This document shows, piece by piece, positions 1 through 8,247 of a DNA stretch of 64,000 nt. The notes under the pieces were generated by a model. The model saw nothing but the letters and a program-made list of their open reading frames with translations, had not been told where the DNA came from and did no database searches. Every line of letters begins with the position of its first letter. Position 1 is the first letter of the stretch. The stretch lies in the IMG/VR virus record IMGVR_UViG_3300025809_001850. One strand, given 5' to 3'. The translations under genes and the position numbers were made by a program. This stretch comes from a virus (lineage: Duplodnaviria; Caudoviricetes).

Positions 1-261
1 ATTGCAAGTGTTGATCGTGATGGCAATGCTCGTAGTGTTTATTGCTTCGTTGCTCTTGTTGACGGAAACACCAAGAGTATGGGTTCATATTCCGTTGGTG
101 ACATTCTGAAACCAGCAACTTGGAAGGCACCTGCAAGACACTCAAGAGGTTCAGTTCTTGCTGATGACTTTGGTCTTTCGTGTGTTGGTCCTTACGGAGT
201 TGATTATTTAACTCGTAAGGGTGGTACTTACAAGTTTTCACCTTTAACGGCAACTGCATAA
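1..261 (+). CDS. 5'-truncated conserved phage hypothetical protein (GDILKPAxWKAPA motif)
   Basis: Frame 1 is open from base 1 (IASVDRDGNARSVYCFVALVDG...GDILKPATWKAPARHSRG); I recall this motif from small large-phage proteins. Confidence 0.7.
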   Translation: MASVDRDGNARSVYCFVALVDGNTKSMGSYSVGDILKPATWKAPARHSRGSVLADDFGLSCVGPYGVDYLTRKGGTYKFSPLTATA

Positions 262-277
262 TAAAAGTCGATTTAAC

Positions 278-306
278 TTGACTTTTTATAATAATTTTGG
301 TAATAT
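278..306 (+). promoter_or_regulatory. early sigma70-like promoter (repeat family)
   Basis: TTGACT-17bp-TAATAT with conserved TTTTATAATAATTTTGG spacer. Confidence 0.8.
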
Positions 307-365
307 ACTTGTATTGATGATAAGGAAATACTTCCTTTAAAAACAAAAAAAAGAGAGAAAATAAA

Positions 366-572
366 ATGAGTTTTAATAACGGAGATAGAGTTAGAAGTAG
401 AAATGGAATTGGCTTAGTGGGAATTGTAAGTTACAGAATTGAAGTTCCTCCACCCCGTTGGGAAGAAAACGGAGAAACTCAGATTTCATATGCGATTTCA
501 TATCCCACCATCGGATCACAAACGATTCTTGACGAAACTGATATAGTTCTCGTAGAGAATCCACTAATATAA
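366..572 (+). CDS. small hypothetical protein (KOW/SH3-like FxxGDxV start)
   Basis: 68-aa ORF after promoter and GAGAGA leader; weak similarity to ORFs at 20561 and 53186. Confidence 0.6.
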   Translation: MSFNNGDRVRSRNGIGLVGIVSYRIEVPPPRWEENGETQISYAISYPTIGSQTILDETDIVLVENPLI

Positions 573-588
573 TTTCAGCAGAATATAT

Positions 589-771
589 ATGAGTATGGAT
601 TGGAAAGAATTAGCAGAAGATTTAGTATTACTTGAACAACTTAAAAAAAGATTCGTTGAAATTGGTTGTACAGACGATGATGCGTATACATACGCAACTT
701 ATTTGTATATGACCAATCAACCTATCATAATCAAAACAACAACAATTTCGGACAACAATAATAATAGATAA
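589..771 (+). CDS. hypothetical protein
   Basis: 60-aa ORF in co-oriented gene run. Confidence 0.5.
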   Translation: MSMDWKELAEDLVLLEQLKKRFVEIGCTDDDAYTYATYLYMTNQPIIIKTTTISDNNNNR

Positions 772-774
772 ATT

Positions 775-1215
775 ATGACAATAATCAAAAAAAGAGGACC
801 AGGTCGTCCCAAGGGTAGCAAAAATAAGATTCAAGCAAACAAATCAACAACTTCGGTTAAACGTGGTCGTGGACGTCCCAAGGGTGCTAAAAACAAGGTG
901 GTAGAACAAGTTGTAGTAACTTACGAATTACCATTTCCAAATCCTATACATGAATCTCAGAGAATTGAGAATATTCGTTATATGACATCTTTTTATCAAC
1001 ATCCTGACGGCAGAGCAAAACAATTGGCAAGTAAACCCAAGAAACGAGGAAGAAAGTCCGAACTTGAAAACTTTGATCCAGAAAAACTTCTTAAAGAAGA
1101 CTTGGATTCAGATAAAATGACTTACAAGGAATCTGATATTCAAGACGAGTTGAGTCGTATGGACGGATATCGTGATATGTCCGTAAATTCTGCCAGATAT
1201 TCCGATTCTTTTTGA
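775..1215 (+). CDS. AT-hook-containing putative DNA-binding protein
   Basis: KKRGPGRPKGSKNK, KRGRGRPKGAKNK and KKRGRK motifs; acidic C-terminus. Confidence 0.65.
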   Translation: MTIIKKRGPGRPKGSKNKIQANKSTTSVKRGRGRPKGAKNKVVEQVVVTYELPFPNPIHESQRIENIRYMTSFYQHPDGRAKQLASKPKKRGRKSELENFDPEKLLKEDLDSDKMTYKESDIQDELSRMDGYRDMSVNSARYSDSF

Positions 1216-1249
1216 TGCTTTGCAATATTTATTATTGTGAGACATTAAA

Positions 1250-1663
1250 ATGGGAAACGATAACCAAAATATAAACGGTTACAACAATGATGATGGTGAT
1301 GAAGGTACTGATTACAGAGAGCAAATCTTGCAACTTTGTAAGATGGCACAGGGCAACATAACCACGATTTATTGGTGTAAACAACAAATACGAAAACGAT
1401 TGAAAGTTCTTGATCGTCTCGTCAAACGGTTATCAGATACTAAAGAAGACGATGAATCCCAAAAAAGTCGCATAGAAAACATCATCAAAAAGCAAACTGA
1501 TGCGTGTAAAGAACTTGGTGATAAAATTGAAACTGAAATCGAGAGTTTAGAAGCAATTCGTATAGCAGCTAAATCATTTGGCATTGACATCAAAGCAAGA
1601 TTACTCGAATTGGATGATACATTAGACGGTGAAGATATAGATTCGTTTTTTGAAGACGAGTAA
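1250..1663 (+). CDS. coiled-coil hypothetical protein
   Basis: 137-aa ORF with charged heptad pattern and acidic termini. Confidence 0.6.
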   Translation: MGNDNQNINGYNNDDGDEGTDYREQILQLCKMAQGNITTIYWCKQQIRKRLKVLDRLVKRLSDTKEDDESQKSRIENIIKKQTDACKELGDKIETEIESLEAIRIAAKSFGIDIKARLLELDDTLDGEDIDSFFEDE

Positions 1664-1707
1664 AAAACTTTAGTTTTTATATTTTCTATATATTTATATT
1701 ATATAGA

Positions 1708-1947
1708 ATGAAACGAACTGCTTACAATTGGCAATATGGTGATTGTCTTTATAGAATAGAGCATTGGAGAAATGCACCAAACGATGTATGTCCGTTTACC
1801 GTTTATATGCTTAGTTCTAATAATGGAAACGGACCAGGAAGTTTTATTGGTTACTTTATGAGTAAAAGTGATGCAGAAGATGCAATTCAAAAAAGTACAA
1901 TAAAAACCTTGAAAGTTAAGATGTCAAGTGGTATTATATTACCATAA
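1708..1947 (+). CDS. hypothetical protein
   Basis: 79-aa ORF, stop overlaps next start. Confidence 0.55.
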   Translation: MKRTAYNWQYGDCLYRIEHWRNAPNDVCPFTVYMLSSNNGNGPGSFIGYFMSKSDAEDAIQKSTIKTLKVKMSSGIILP

Positions 1948-2147
1948 TGATGTTTTCAGAACTTTCTAATCGTGCCAAATTAAACTATGTGTTCTTTTGG
2001 ATTAATTTAATTGTTGCTTTTATACTTGCATACGGTGGAAGTTGGTTTTGTATATTCAGTTTGGTTGTATCCTTTTTTTCATGGACGGCATACAAATTTC
2101 AAGATAAAATTGAAGACCAAAATAAAAACATTGACGAAGAAAAGTAA
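1947..2147 (+). CDS. small membrane protein (2 TM)
   Basis: Two hydrophobic segments YVFFWINLIVAFILAYG and WFCIFSLVVSFFSW. Confidence 0.6.
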   Translation: MMFSELSNRAKLNYVFFWINLIVAFILAYGGSWFCIFSLVVSFFSWTAYKFQDKIEDQNKNIDEEK

Positions 2148-2165
2148 TTTATTTAATATAATTAA

Positions 2166-2378
2166 ATGAATAATCGTCAGATAAGCATTGATATAAAATA
2201 CGGAAACGAGATTTATAAGAAAAATTTTTCGGAATACGACAGTATTGCTTACATTTCGTTTTTGGAAGAATTCAAATTGTGGTATGAAATTAACGATGCA
2301 ACGGATGGGGAAACTCCGGTATTTGACGAAGAGTATATAGAAACGGACGATAAAAATGAGCAACAGAAAATATTATGA
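2166..2378 (+). CDS. hypothetical protein
   Basis: 70-aa acidic ORF. Confidence 0.5.
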   Translation: MNNRQISIDIKYGNEIYKKNFSEYDSIAYISFLEEFKLWYEINDATDGETPVFDEEYIETDDKNEQQKIL

Positions 2379-2823
2379 TTACACAGAAATACATGGTTTT
2401 TGTGAAACTTTAGCAAATAGATTAAAACGAAGTAACTTTGATTCGGTAGTGGGTGTAAGTAGAGGTGGATTGATTCCTGCTACTATCATTGCCGAGTGCA
2501 TGAATGTGCGTGAATTAAGAACGGTAGGAGTACGTTCTTATGCGTTAAATGGAATTGGCAAGAGAAGCACCTCCGTTTTGTATCAAAGTTGTTCTCCGTA
2601 CTTAAAGGGTGATGTATTATTGATTGATGATATTGCAGATACAGGTGAAACTTTTAACTTTCTGCTTGATCATTTCAGCAAAAATAAAAACATCAATAGC
2701 ATCACCACTTGTAGTTTGTTTGTTAGACGAAGTTCAAGTTATGTTCCCGATTATTATCATACAGATATTGTAGGAAATGATTGGATTGTGTTTCCTTGGG
2801 AACCTGCTCCACCTTCTAATTAA
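2356..2823 (+). CDS. purine phosphoribosyltransferase (xanthine/hypoxanthine-guanine PRTase-like)
   Basis: VVGVSRGGLIPA, PRPP-binding VLLIDDIADTGET, C-terminal WIVFPWE. Confidence 0.9.
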   Translation: MSNRKYYDYTEIHGFCETLANRLKRSNFDSVVGVSRGGLIPATIIAECMNVRELRTVGVRSYALNGIGKRSTSVLYQSCSPYLKGDVLLIDDIADTGETFNFLLDHFSKNKNINSITTCSLFVRRSSSYVPDYYHTDIVGNDWIVFPWEPAPPSN

Positions 2824-2888
2824 GATTTCCGCAAAAAAAAGTTATTGATTTCATCAACAACTTTTTTTCACTTCAATCAAGTTTTTGA

Positions 2889-2917
2889 TTGACTTTTTAT
2901 AATATTCTTGGTAGTAT
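2889..2917 (+). promoter_or_regulatory. early promoter heading the DPW paralog array
   Basis: TTGACT-17bp-TAGTAT. Confidence 0.8.
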
Positions 2918-2926
2918 GTAAAAAGA

Positions 2927-3247
2927 ATGAGAGATAAAAGAGATAGAGTTTTAATTGATGGTGGAATTTCTTGGCAAACAGATAAATTGCTTGAAAAATA
3001 TCCTATATCAAATGATACAGAGTGGAATGTTGATTTTACAAGCAATCGTTATCCGATGATCGTTTCAAGAATCAAAGAACCTAAACATGATCCTTGGGAT
3101 CGTCCTACTTTGCCTTGGAATTTCAATCAAGGTGATGGCAACAAATATAACTGGACTGCATCATCAATGCACGTCAAAGAATATACTCATTTTCGTTATA
3201 CATCAATCAAAGAAACTGCAATTAAGTTATGGCAAAAGAAACAATAG
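2927..3247 (+). CDS. DPW-family paralog 1
   Basis: KYPISNDTEW / HDPWDRPTLPW / FRYTSIKETAIKLW. Confidence 0.8.
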   Translation: MRDKRDRVLIDGGISWQTDKLLEKYPISNDTEWNVDFTSNRYPMIVSRIKEPKHDPWDRPTLPWNFNQGDGNKYNWTASSMHVKEYTHFRYTSIKETAIKLWQKKQ

Positions 3248-3546
3248 AAATTAATCCGAATGTTGCTTGGTATTCGTTGCAAGAATTATCATTTAGATTT
3301 CCGGTTGTTAATAAACGTTGGCAACGCAATGGAGATTTATTTGAATATTTTTATGATTTAGATGAACAACCTGAAAGTGATCCGTGGGGAAGAAAACTAA
3401 CTCCGTGGACTCGTCTCGGACAAACTGAAATTAATCATTGGGTAAATGCAACTACCAACGGAACATATTATCGGCTAACATCGGTTATGCGAAAAACGGT
3501 TGCATTGTGGATGTATCCTTCACCAAGTCATCCTTTGTATAAATGA
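3229..3546 (+). CDS. DPW-family paralog 2
   Basis: RFPVVNKRW / SDPWGRKLTPW / YRLTSVMRKTVALW. Confidence 0.8.
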   Translation: MAKETIEINPNVAWYSLQELSFRFPVVNKRWQRNGDLFEYFYDLDEQPESDPWGRKLTPWTRLGQTEINHWVNATTNGTYYRLTSVMRKTVALWMYPSPSHPLYK

Positions 3547-3908
3547 CGTTAATTAAAAACGGAATTTTGAATATTGATTTGCTTGCTCCCGGCAACGGAC
3601 TGCACATTCAATCCGAGTATGAACCGAAAAACAAACAATGGTTTCGTTTAGATTCTGAGTGGATTGCTCACGTGCGTCCTGAAACAAACAAAACATCAAG
3701 ATGTCCATTGTTGGAAGAAATTAAAACTGATCCGTGGGAACGGCCACTTATTCCGTGGACTTATGCGTATGCTCAACCTGGTGAAGATTGTTATGGAGCA
3801 CAAAATTGGAAACCAGAAACTAATGATCCTGATGTTCTCAAATTTTATCGGTATGTTACAATAAACGGAAAATATGTAAAACTGAAATTGATTTTCAAAA
3901 ATGATTGA
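3543..3908 (+). CDS. DPW-family paralog 3
   Basis: EYEPKNKQW / TDPWERPLIPW / YRYVTINGKYVKL; ATGA overlap with upstream gene. Confidence 0.8.
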   Translation: MTLIKNGILNIDLLAPGNGLHIQSEYEPKNKQWFRLDSEWIAHVRPETNKTSRCPLLEEIKTDPWERPLIPWTYAYAQPGEDCYGAQNWKPETNDPDVLKFYRYVTINGKYVKLKLIFKND

Positions 3909-4314
3909 ACCTATTACAATTCGTGGAAACCGAAGTATGACTAATTATGGTCAATTGATTTATGATCGTAATCAAGAGCATTTTTATACTTGGCACGAAG
4001 AACTTGATTATATTATCAAAGAGTATCCTATAACGAATCCTGTGTACGATTATTCTCCACATGATATACGATTTAACATAGCAACGAAAACAAATGTAAG
4101 TGTGTTAACGGAGCGGCAAAAAAAGTTTCTCGACTTTGATCCTTGGAATCGTCCACTTCGTAAATGGACTGCAACAGAAACCGCATATCCTGATACAAAC
4201 TTTGCAAGAAAATATGGTCGTGGTCCATACGAATGGTTAGATATTTATGACGGAGTTGATTTTCGTTGGACAACAATAGAAAACAAAGGAATTCGTTTTT
4301 ACAAATATCTATGA
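3901..4314 (+). CDS. DPW-family paralog 4
   Basis: KEYPITN / FDPWNRPLRKW / FRWTTIENKGIRFY. Confidence 0.8.
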   Translation: MIEPITIRGNRSMTNYGQLIYDRNQEHFYTWHEELDYIIKEYPITNPVYDYSPHDIRFNIATKTNVSVLTERQKKFLDFDPWNRPLRKWTATETAYPDTNFARKYGRGPYEWLDIYDGVDFRWTTIENKGIRFYKYL

Positions 4315-4748
4315 AAACAAACAACGATTTTATATTAATTAAGAAATGGCAATTTTATGATGTTTATCCAAAGATTGTGGGTGAGAATGCGTTTCCGATT
4401 ACCAACGAAGATGAATGGGAACGATGGGTTGAACCCATTAATTATCGTAGTCATTTGATTGCACTTGTACCGAATCCTAAATGTGATCCTTGGGGAAGGC
4501 AAATGCTTCCGTATAAAACTGATCACGAAAAAACTCCTTTAATGTGGGGAAAAGTTGGATGGCCACATCCTCCGTTGGATGATATGAATTCCGAAACTTG
4601 CATGACGGTTACTTCAGTAAATGGATTTGCAGTAAAATTGTATCGCAGAAAAGCAGAATGGAATGATCCTTGGCATCGTGCAGAATGCAAAAAACTTGGA
4701 ATAACTTTGAGTGAATATTATGATCGTAAAAAAAATAATAACATTTGA
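4311..4748 (+). CDS. DPW-family paralog 5 (second DPWHR in C-tail)
   Basis: AFPITNEDEW / CDPWGRQMLPY / VTSVNGFAVKLY; start moved to the ATGA overlap at 4311. Confidence 0.8.
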   Translation: MKTNNDFILIKKWQFYDVYPKIVGENAFPITNEDEWERWVEPINYRSHLIALVPNPKCDPWGRQMLPYKTDHEKTPLMWGKVGWPHPPLDDMNSETCMTVTSVNGFAVKLYRRKAEWNDPWHRAECKKLGITLSEYYDRKKNNNI

Positions 4749-4773
4749 CATAATTTTTATAATATCGTAGAAT
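4745..4773 (+). promoter_or_regulatory. internal sigma70-like promoter in DPW array
   Basis: TTGACA-17bp-TAGAAT. Confidence 0.6.
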
Positions 4774-4785
4774 ATAATTAGTAGT

Positions 4786-5028
4786 ATGAGTAAAGAGTGG
4801 GATGTAAATAAATTGATAAACAAATATCCAATCAAGAATATTTGGGAATGGAAATTCACAGGAAATGTTATTACTTCAGTTGTTTGTTTGCATGATATAA
4901 AACAAGATCCTTGGAATCGTGATTTCACAAAAACAAAATCAAACTTTACCGTAGATGAAATGGGATTACTTGTGCATGGATTTACAAAAGTAGATGGAAA
5001 AAAAATAAGATTATGGAGTTGTGTATAA
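4786..5028 (+). CDS. DPW-family paralog 6 (minimal 80-aa form)
   Basis: KYPIKNIWEW / QDPWNRDF / GFTKVDGKKIRLW. Confidence 0.8.
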   Translation: MSKEWDVNKLINKYPIKNIWEWKFTGNVITSVVCLHDIKQDPWNRDFTKTKSNFTVDEMGLLVHGFTKVDGKKIRLWSCV

Positions 5029-5319
5029 ATGAGAACATGGAATAAAGAAAAACTATTATTAAAGTATCCTGTGAGAAATTCATCGGATTATGATGTAAAT
5101 TATGTATTGGGATGTGGCAACGCATATTGGTATCCTGGATTACCAACTAAAATTGTAACTACTGATGGTGATGTTGCATATGATCCTTGGAACCGTGAGT
5201 GGCAAAAAAATACAAAGTGGGAAGCATACAAACCACATAAAGATACATACTTTCGGTGGGTGACCGTTGATAAACAAAAAATTGATGTTTATCTTGTTCA
5301 AAAAAATTATTCAATATAA
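5029..5319 (+). CDS. DPW-family paralog 7
   Basis: KYPVRNSSDY / YDPWNREW / FRWVTVDKQKIDVY. Confidence 0.8.
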   Translation: MRTWNKEKLLLKYPVRNSSDYDVNYVLGCGNAYWYPGLPTKIVTTDGDVAYDPWNREWQKNTKWEAYKPHKDTYFRWVTVDKQKIDVYLVQKNYSI

Positions 5320-5717
5320 TGCCTGTAAAAGAACTTAACATCAATAAAGATACTTGTGGTAAATGGAAATCACGATACATTCTTGATATTCTTGAAAAGT
5401 ATCCACAAATCAATTTCAAAGAATGGGAACTTCTTGAAATGCATCATCAAAATAAACCAAATGAAATTGCAGTTAATATGGTTTGTAAAATATGGTATCC
5501 TAAATTTGATCCGTGGAATAGAGAAATGTGCGATTGGACAATTGGAAATAACAAGTTTTCTGCAAAACACGGAAATCAAGTGAAGCAAGGTGATAACCAT
5601 TCAGTACAACTTCCAAGTATGAAAATCTGGAATACAACGGTTGCAGGACAACTTGTGCGATTGCATGGTCCTGTAAAAAGTTATTTTGTTATTCGTGGAA
5701 CATCTAAAATTTCATAA
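5319..5717 (+). CDS. DPW-family paralog 8
   Basis: KYPQINFKEW / FDPWNREMCDW / WNTTVAGQLVRL. Confidence 0.8.
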   Translation: MPVKELNINKDTCGKWKSRYILDILEKYPQINFKEWELLEMHHQNKPNEIAVNMVCKIWYPKFDPWNREMCDWTIGNNKFSAKHGNQVKQGDNHSVQLPSMKIWNTTVAGQLVRLHGPVKSYFVIRGTSKIS

Positions 5718-5718
5718 C

Positions 5719-6087
5719 ATGAGTTCTTACGCAAATAGTATTCCTCTTTATATTCAACACAACGATATTCAATGGGATGCATTTGATTTGGTAAACAACA
5801 ATTATCCAATTGAAAATGATAATTGGGAAATACAAGAAGGTAATTTTTTGATGCTCAAAGAAAATTCTTCATTTGATCATAATTATGATCCGTGGAATCG
5901 TAAACTAAGAGCATGGAAGTTTCTTGATAAAGATGGTTTTATTGTAGAATGTGATGCGTGGACAATGAAACTTACAAGCAACATTGCAGCTTCACTTTAC
6001 GAAATTCGTTACACCACGGTTGCAGGAAAATCAATTCCATTATGGAGATATTGCGATGAATCAAAATATGTGTGCGTTCCATCCTGA
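5719..6087 (+). CDS. DPW-family paralog 9
   Basis: NYPIENDNW / YDPWNRKLRAW / IRYTTVAGKSIPLW; start moved to ATG 5719. Confidence 0.8.
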   Translation: MSSYANSIPLYIQHNDIQWDAFDLVNNNYPIENDNWEIQEGNFLMLKENSSFDHNYDPWNRKLRAWKFLDKDGFIVECDAWTMKLTSNIAASLYEIRYTTVAGKSIPLWRYCDESKYVCVPS

Positions 6088-6439
6088 AGAAATAATTTTA
6101 GAGAATTTTTCAATGGGTGATCACTGGGGAACCGTTGAACTTATGAAACGATATCCAATTCAAAATCATGAACATTGGTCGTATGTATGTGATCCAATGG
6201 ATGTTGATTGTGATCCTGATGTAGCAAAAAAAATAACTTGTATTTCTGATACAGAATTTGATCCTTGGTTTCGTAAAATGATTCCGTGGAAATGGAGAGG
6301 TCATCAAGAAAGTTGTGAGTGGGATTTTCCTACACCTCATTTGTTTTTAAACGGAAAAAAGAAATATGCACTTGCAGAACGATACACAACAATTCAAGGA
6401 AAGCATACAAAATTGTATAAACGAATATACGATTATTAA
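6068..6439 (+). CDS. DPW-family paralog 10 (start uncertain, 6068 or 6113)
   Basis: RYPIQNHEHW / FDPWFRKMIPW / RYTTIQGKHTKLY. Confidence 0.75.
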   Translation: MCAFHPEEIILENFSMGDHWGTVELMKRYPIQNHEHWSYVCDPMDVDCDPDVAKKITCISDTEFDPWFRKMIPWKWRGHQESCEWDFPTPHLFLNGKKKYALAERYTTIQGKHTKLYKRIYDY

Positions 6440-6507
6440 TACAATTCTATGAATTTACACAAAACAATATTGACTTAGAACCTCTTTTAAAATATATTAT
6501 TATTATT

Positions 6508-6726
6508 ATGAACAAACAAATACCAAAAAACATTCATTCTGCTTTAATTAAAAAATACGAAGCAGAAGCAGATATGGCAAAAGCAAATCTCTCGGTTTAC
6601 GACAACAATATGGTCGGAATAGGAGAACATCAAATTATCGCCGAGACCATTGAAGCAGAATACAAAAAACTTGATTCAGCAATTTCAATGCTTGAAACAC
6701 TAAAAAACAATCCGATTGGTGTATAA
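6508..6726 (+). CDS. small helical hypothetical protein interrupting the DPW array
   Basis: 72 aa, no DPW motif; ALIKKYEAEADMAKANL...VGIGEH pattern recalled from T4-like phage hypotheticals. Confidence 0.65.
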   Translation: MNKQIPKNIHSALIKKYEAEADMAKANLSVYDNNMVGIGEHQIIAETIEAEYKKLDSAISMLETLKNNPIGV

Positions 6727-6741
6727 GCACATAAACTGATT

Positions 6742-7092
6742 GTGGCAACGATGGATAAACCCAGTTTAAACATCAACTTTTATTCAGGTGAACAATGGAG
6801 TGACATCACACTTGTCAAAAAATTTCCACCAAGCAATTCTGTTTGGAATATAGGACTTCACTCTGATGTTGGATACGAACGATATTTCGTATTACCTGAT
6901 GATGCTTTGCATGAAGGACAAGACCCGTGGGAACGATGGATGCTTCCGTGGAGAAAAAACAAAACAGATACAACTACATACGCATGGACTGACACAGAAG
7001 CAGTTTTTGATTTACCTGAGAATCTTGAATATCAATTTCGGTGGACAACTGTAGCAGGTAAAAGAGTGAAGTTGTGGCGTAAAAAACCTTGA
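6742..7092 (+). CDS. DPW-family paralog 11
   Basis: KFPPSNSVW / QDPWERWMLPW / FRWTTVAGKRVKLW. Confidence 0.8.
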   Translation: MATMDKPSLNINFYSGEQWSDITLVKKFPPSNSVWNIGLHSDVGYERYFVLPDDALHEGQDPWERWMLPWRKNKTDTTTYAWTDTEAVFDLPENLEYQFRWTTVAGKRVKLWRKKP

Positions 7093-7117
7093 CTTTTTAT
7101 AAGATTTCAAGTAGTAT
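7089..7117 (+). promoter_or_regulatory. early promoter (repeat family)
   Basis: TTGACT-17bp-TAGTAT-ACTTGTAT. Confidence 0.75.
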
Positions 7118-7123
7118 ACTTGT

Positions 7124-7498
7124 ATGACGATGAAAGAAAAGAATGATGTTTTATTTGTCAATGAAGAATTACCATATGATGGTTGGGTTAAAAAACTTTT
7201 AAAAGAGTATCCTGTTAGAAATGCAGGTTGGAGTATTTTCAAACAAAACAAAGAAACTGCGTTCGTTTGGAACATTGATGATAATTTGATGACAGGTCGT
7301 GAAATTCCTTGTTATTCTAAACGTGATCCTTGGAATCGTCCAATTCGCAATTGGAAGTTTTTTGAAAACGATGAACCAAATGTTTGGTTACCTGTTGATG
7401 ATATGCAACGTCAAAGTTTTGAAGTTCCAACGAACGCAATTCAGTATGCGTGGACAAGCATCAATAATCGTTGCTTTTGTTTGTATTTGATTCAATGA
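7124..7498 (+). CDS. DPW-family paralog 12
   Basis: EYPVRNAGW / RDPWNRPIRNW / YAWTSINNRCFCLY. Confidence 0.8.
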   Translation: MTMKEKNDVLFVNEELPYDGWVKKLLKEYPVRNAGWSIFKQNKETAFVWNIDDNLMTGREIPCYSKRDPWNRPIRNWKFFENDEPNVWLPVDDMQRQSFEVPTNAIQYAWTSINNRCFCLYLIQ

Positions 7499-7857
7499 GT
7501 AATTTAACTGGAATCATGGTTGGAAGTGACTTTTATTCGTATAAAGAATTAAAGCAATTGATAATTGACTTTCCTATTCAAGTAAACGGATGGATTTGTG
7601 ATGTAAATAAAACTCATATGTATTTGTATTACGAAAAAGCATTTGGATTGAGCGATCCACTTTTAACTTTACGTGATCCGTGGAATCGTAGCATTCGTCC
7701 TTGGACTTATTATACAGATGACAATCCCACAATTTGGCAAAGTCGCAAAGCAGAACATCCAAGTCGTAATGCTATGTTTATGCCAACTGCTCCAAAAAAA
7801 GCAAGTCATTATGCGTACACAAGCATAAACAACAAATGGATATTTTTGTATGTTTGA
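7495..7857 (+). CDS. DPW-family paralog 13
   Basis: DFPIQVNGW / RDPWNRSIRPW / YAYTSINNKWIFLY; closest to paralog 12; ATGA overlap at 7495. Confidence 0.8.
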   Translation: MSNLTGIMVGSDFYSYKELKQLIIDFPIQVNGWICDVNKTHMYLYYEKAFGLSDPLLTLRDPWNRSIRPWTYYTDDNPTIWQSRKAEHPSRNAMFMPTAPKKASHYAYTSINNKWIFLYV

Positions 7858-8152
7858 TTTAACAGAAATTGAAGAACGCATTGAACAATCAGAAAAAACG
7901 TTGATTGCGATTACTGATAAAATAAAAGATATGCGAAGTGACTTTGAAGAAATATATTCAGAACTTGAAAATAAAGAGGATGCATATTTTGAAGAACATC
8001 CGAAAGAACGAAAAGCATTAAATGAAAAAATTCGTAAAAGAATGTCGGTGTATGATTTATTAAAAGAAACTGCTGAGAATATTCGCACCAAGACATTTGA
8101 AGATATGCGATTAGTATTTGATGAACTTCAGAAAAACAAATATTACGAGTAA
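7850..8152 (+). CDS. coiled-coil hypothetical protein
   Basis: 100-aa highly charged helical ORF. Confidence 0.6.
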   Translation: MFDLTEIEERIEQSEKTLIAITDKIKDMRSDFEEIYSELENKEDAYFEEHPKERKALNEKIRKRMSVYDLLKETAENIRTKTFEDMRLVFDELQKNKYYE

Positions 8153-8181
8153 GAAAATTATAAAAAAGAAGCATTTAGGTG

Positions 8182-8210
8182 TTGACTTATTATAATAGTT
8201 GTGGTAAGAT
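8182..8210 (+). promoter_or_regulatory. early promoter (repeat family)
   Basis: TTGACT-17bp-TAAGAT followed by TATTGAAAGTGAG. Confidence 0.75.
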
Positions 8211-8247
8211 TACTGTATTGAAAGTGAGAAACGAGAATTTAAAAAAT

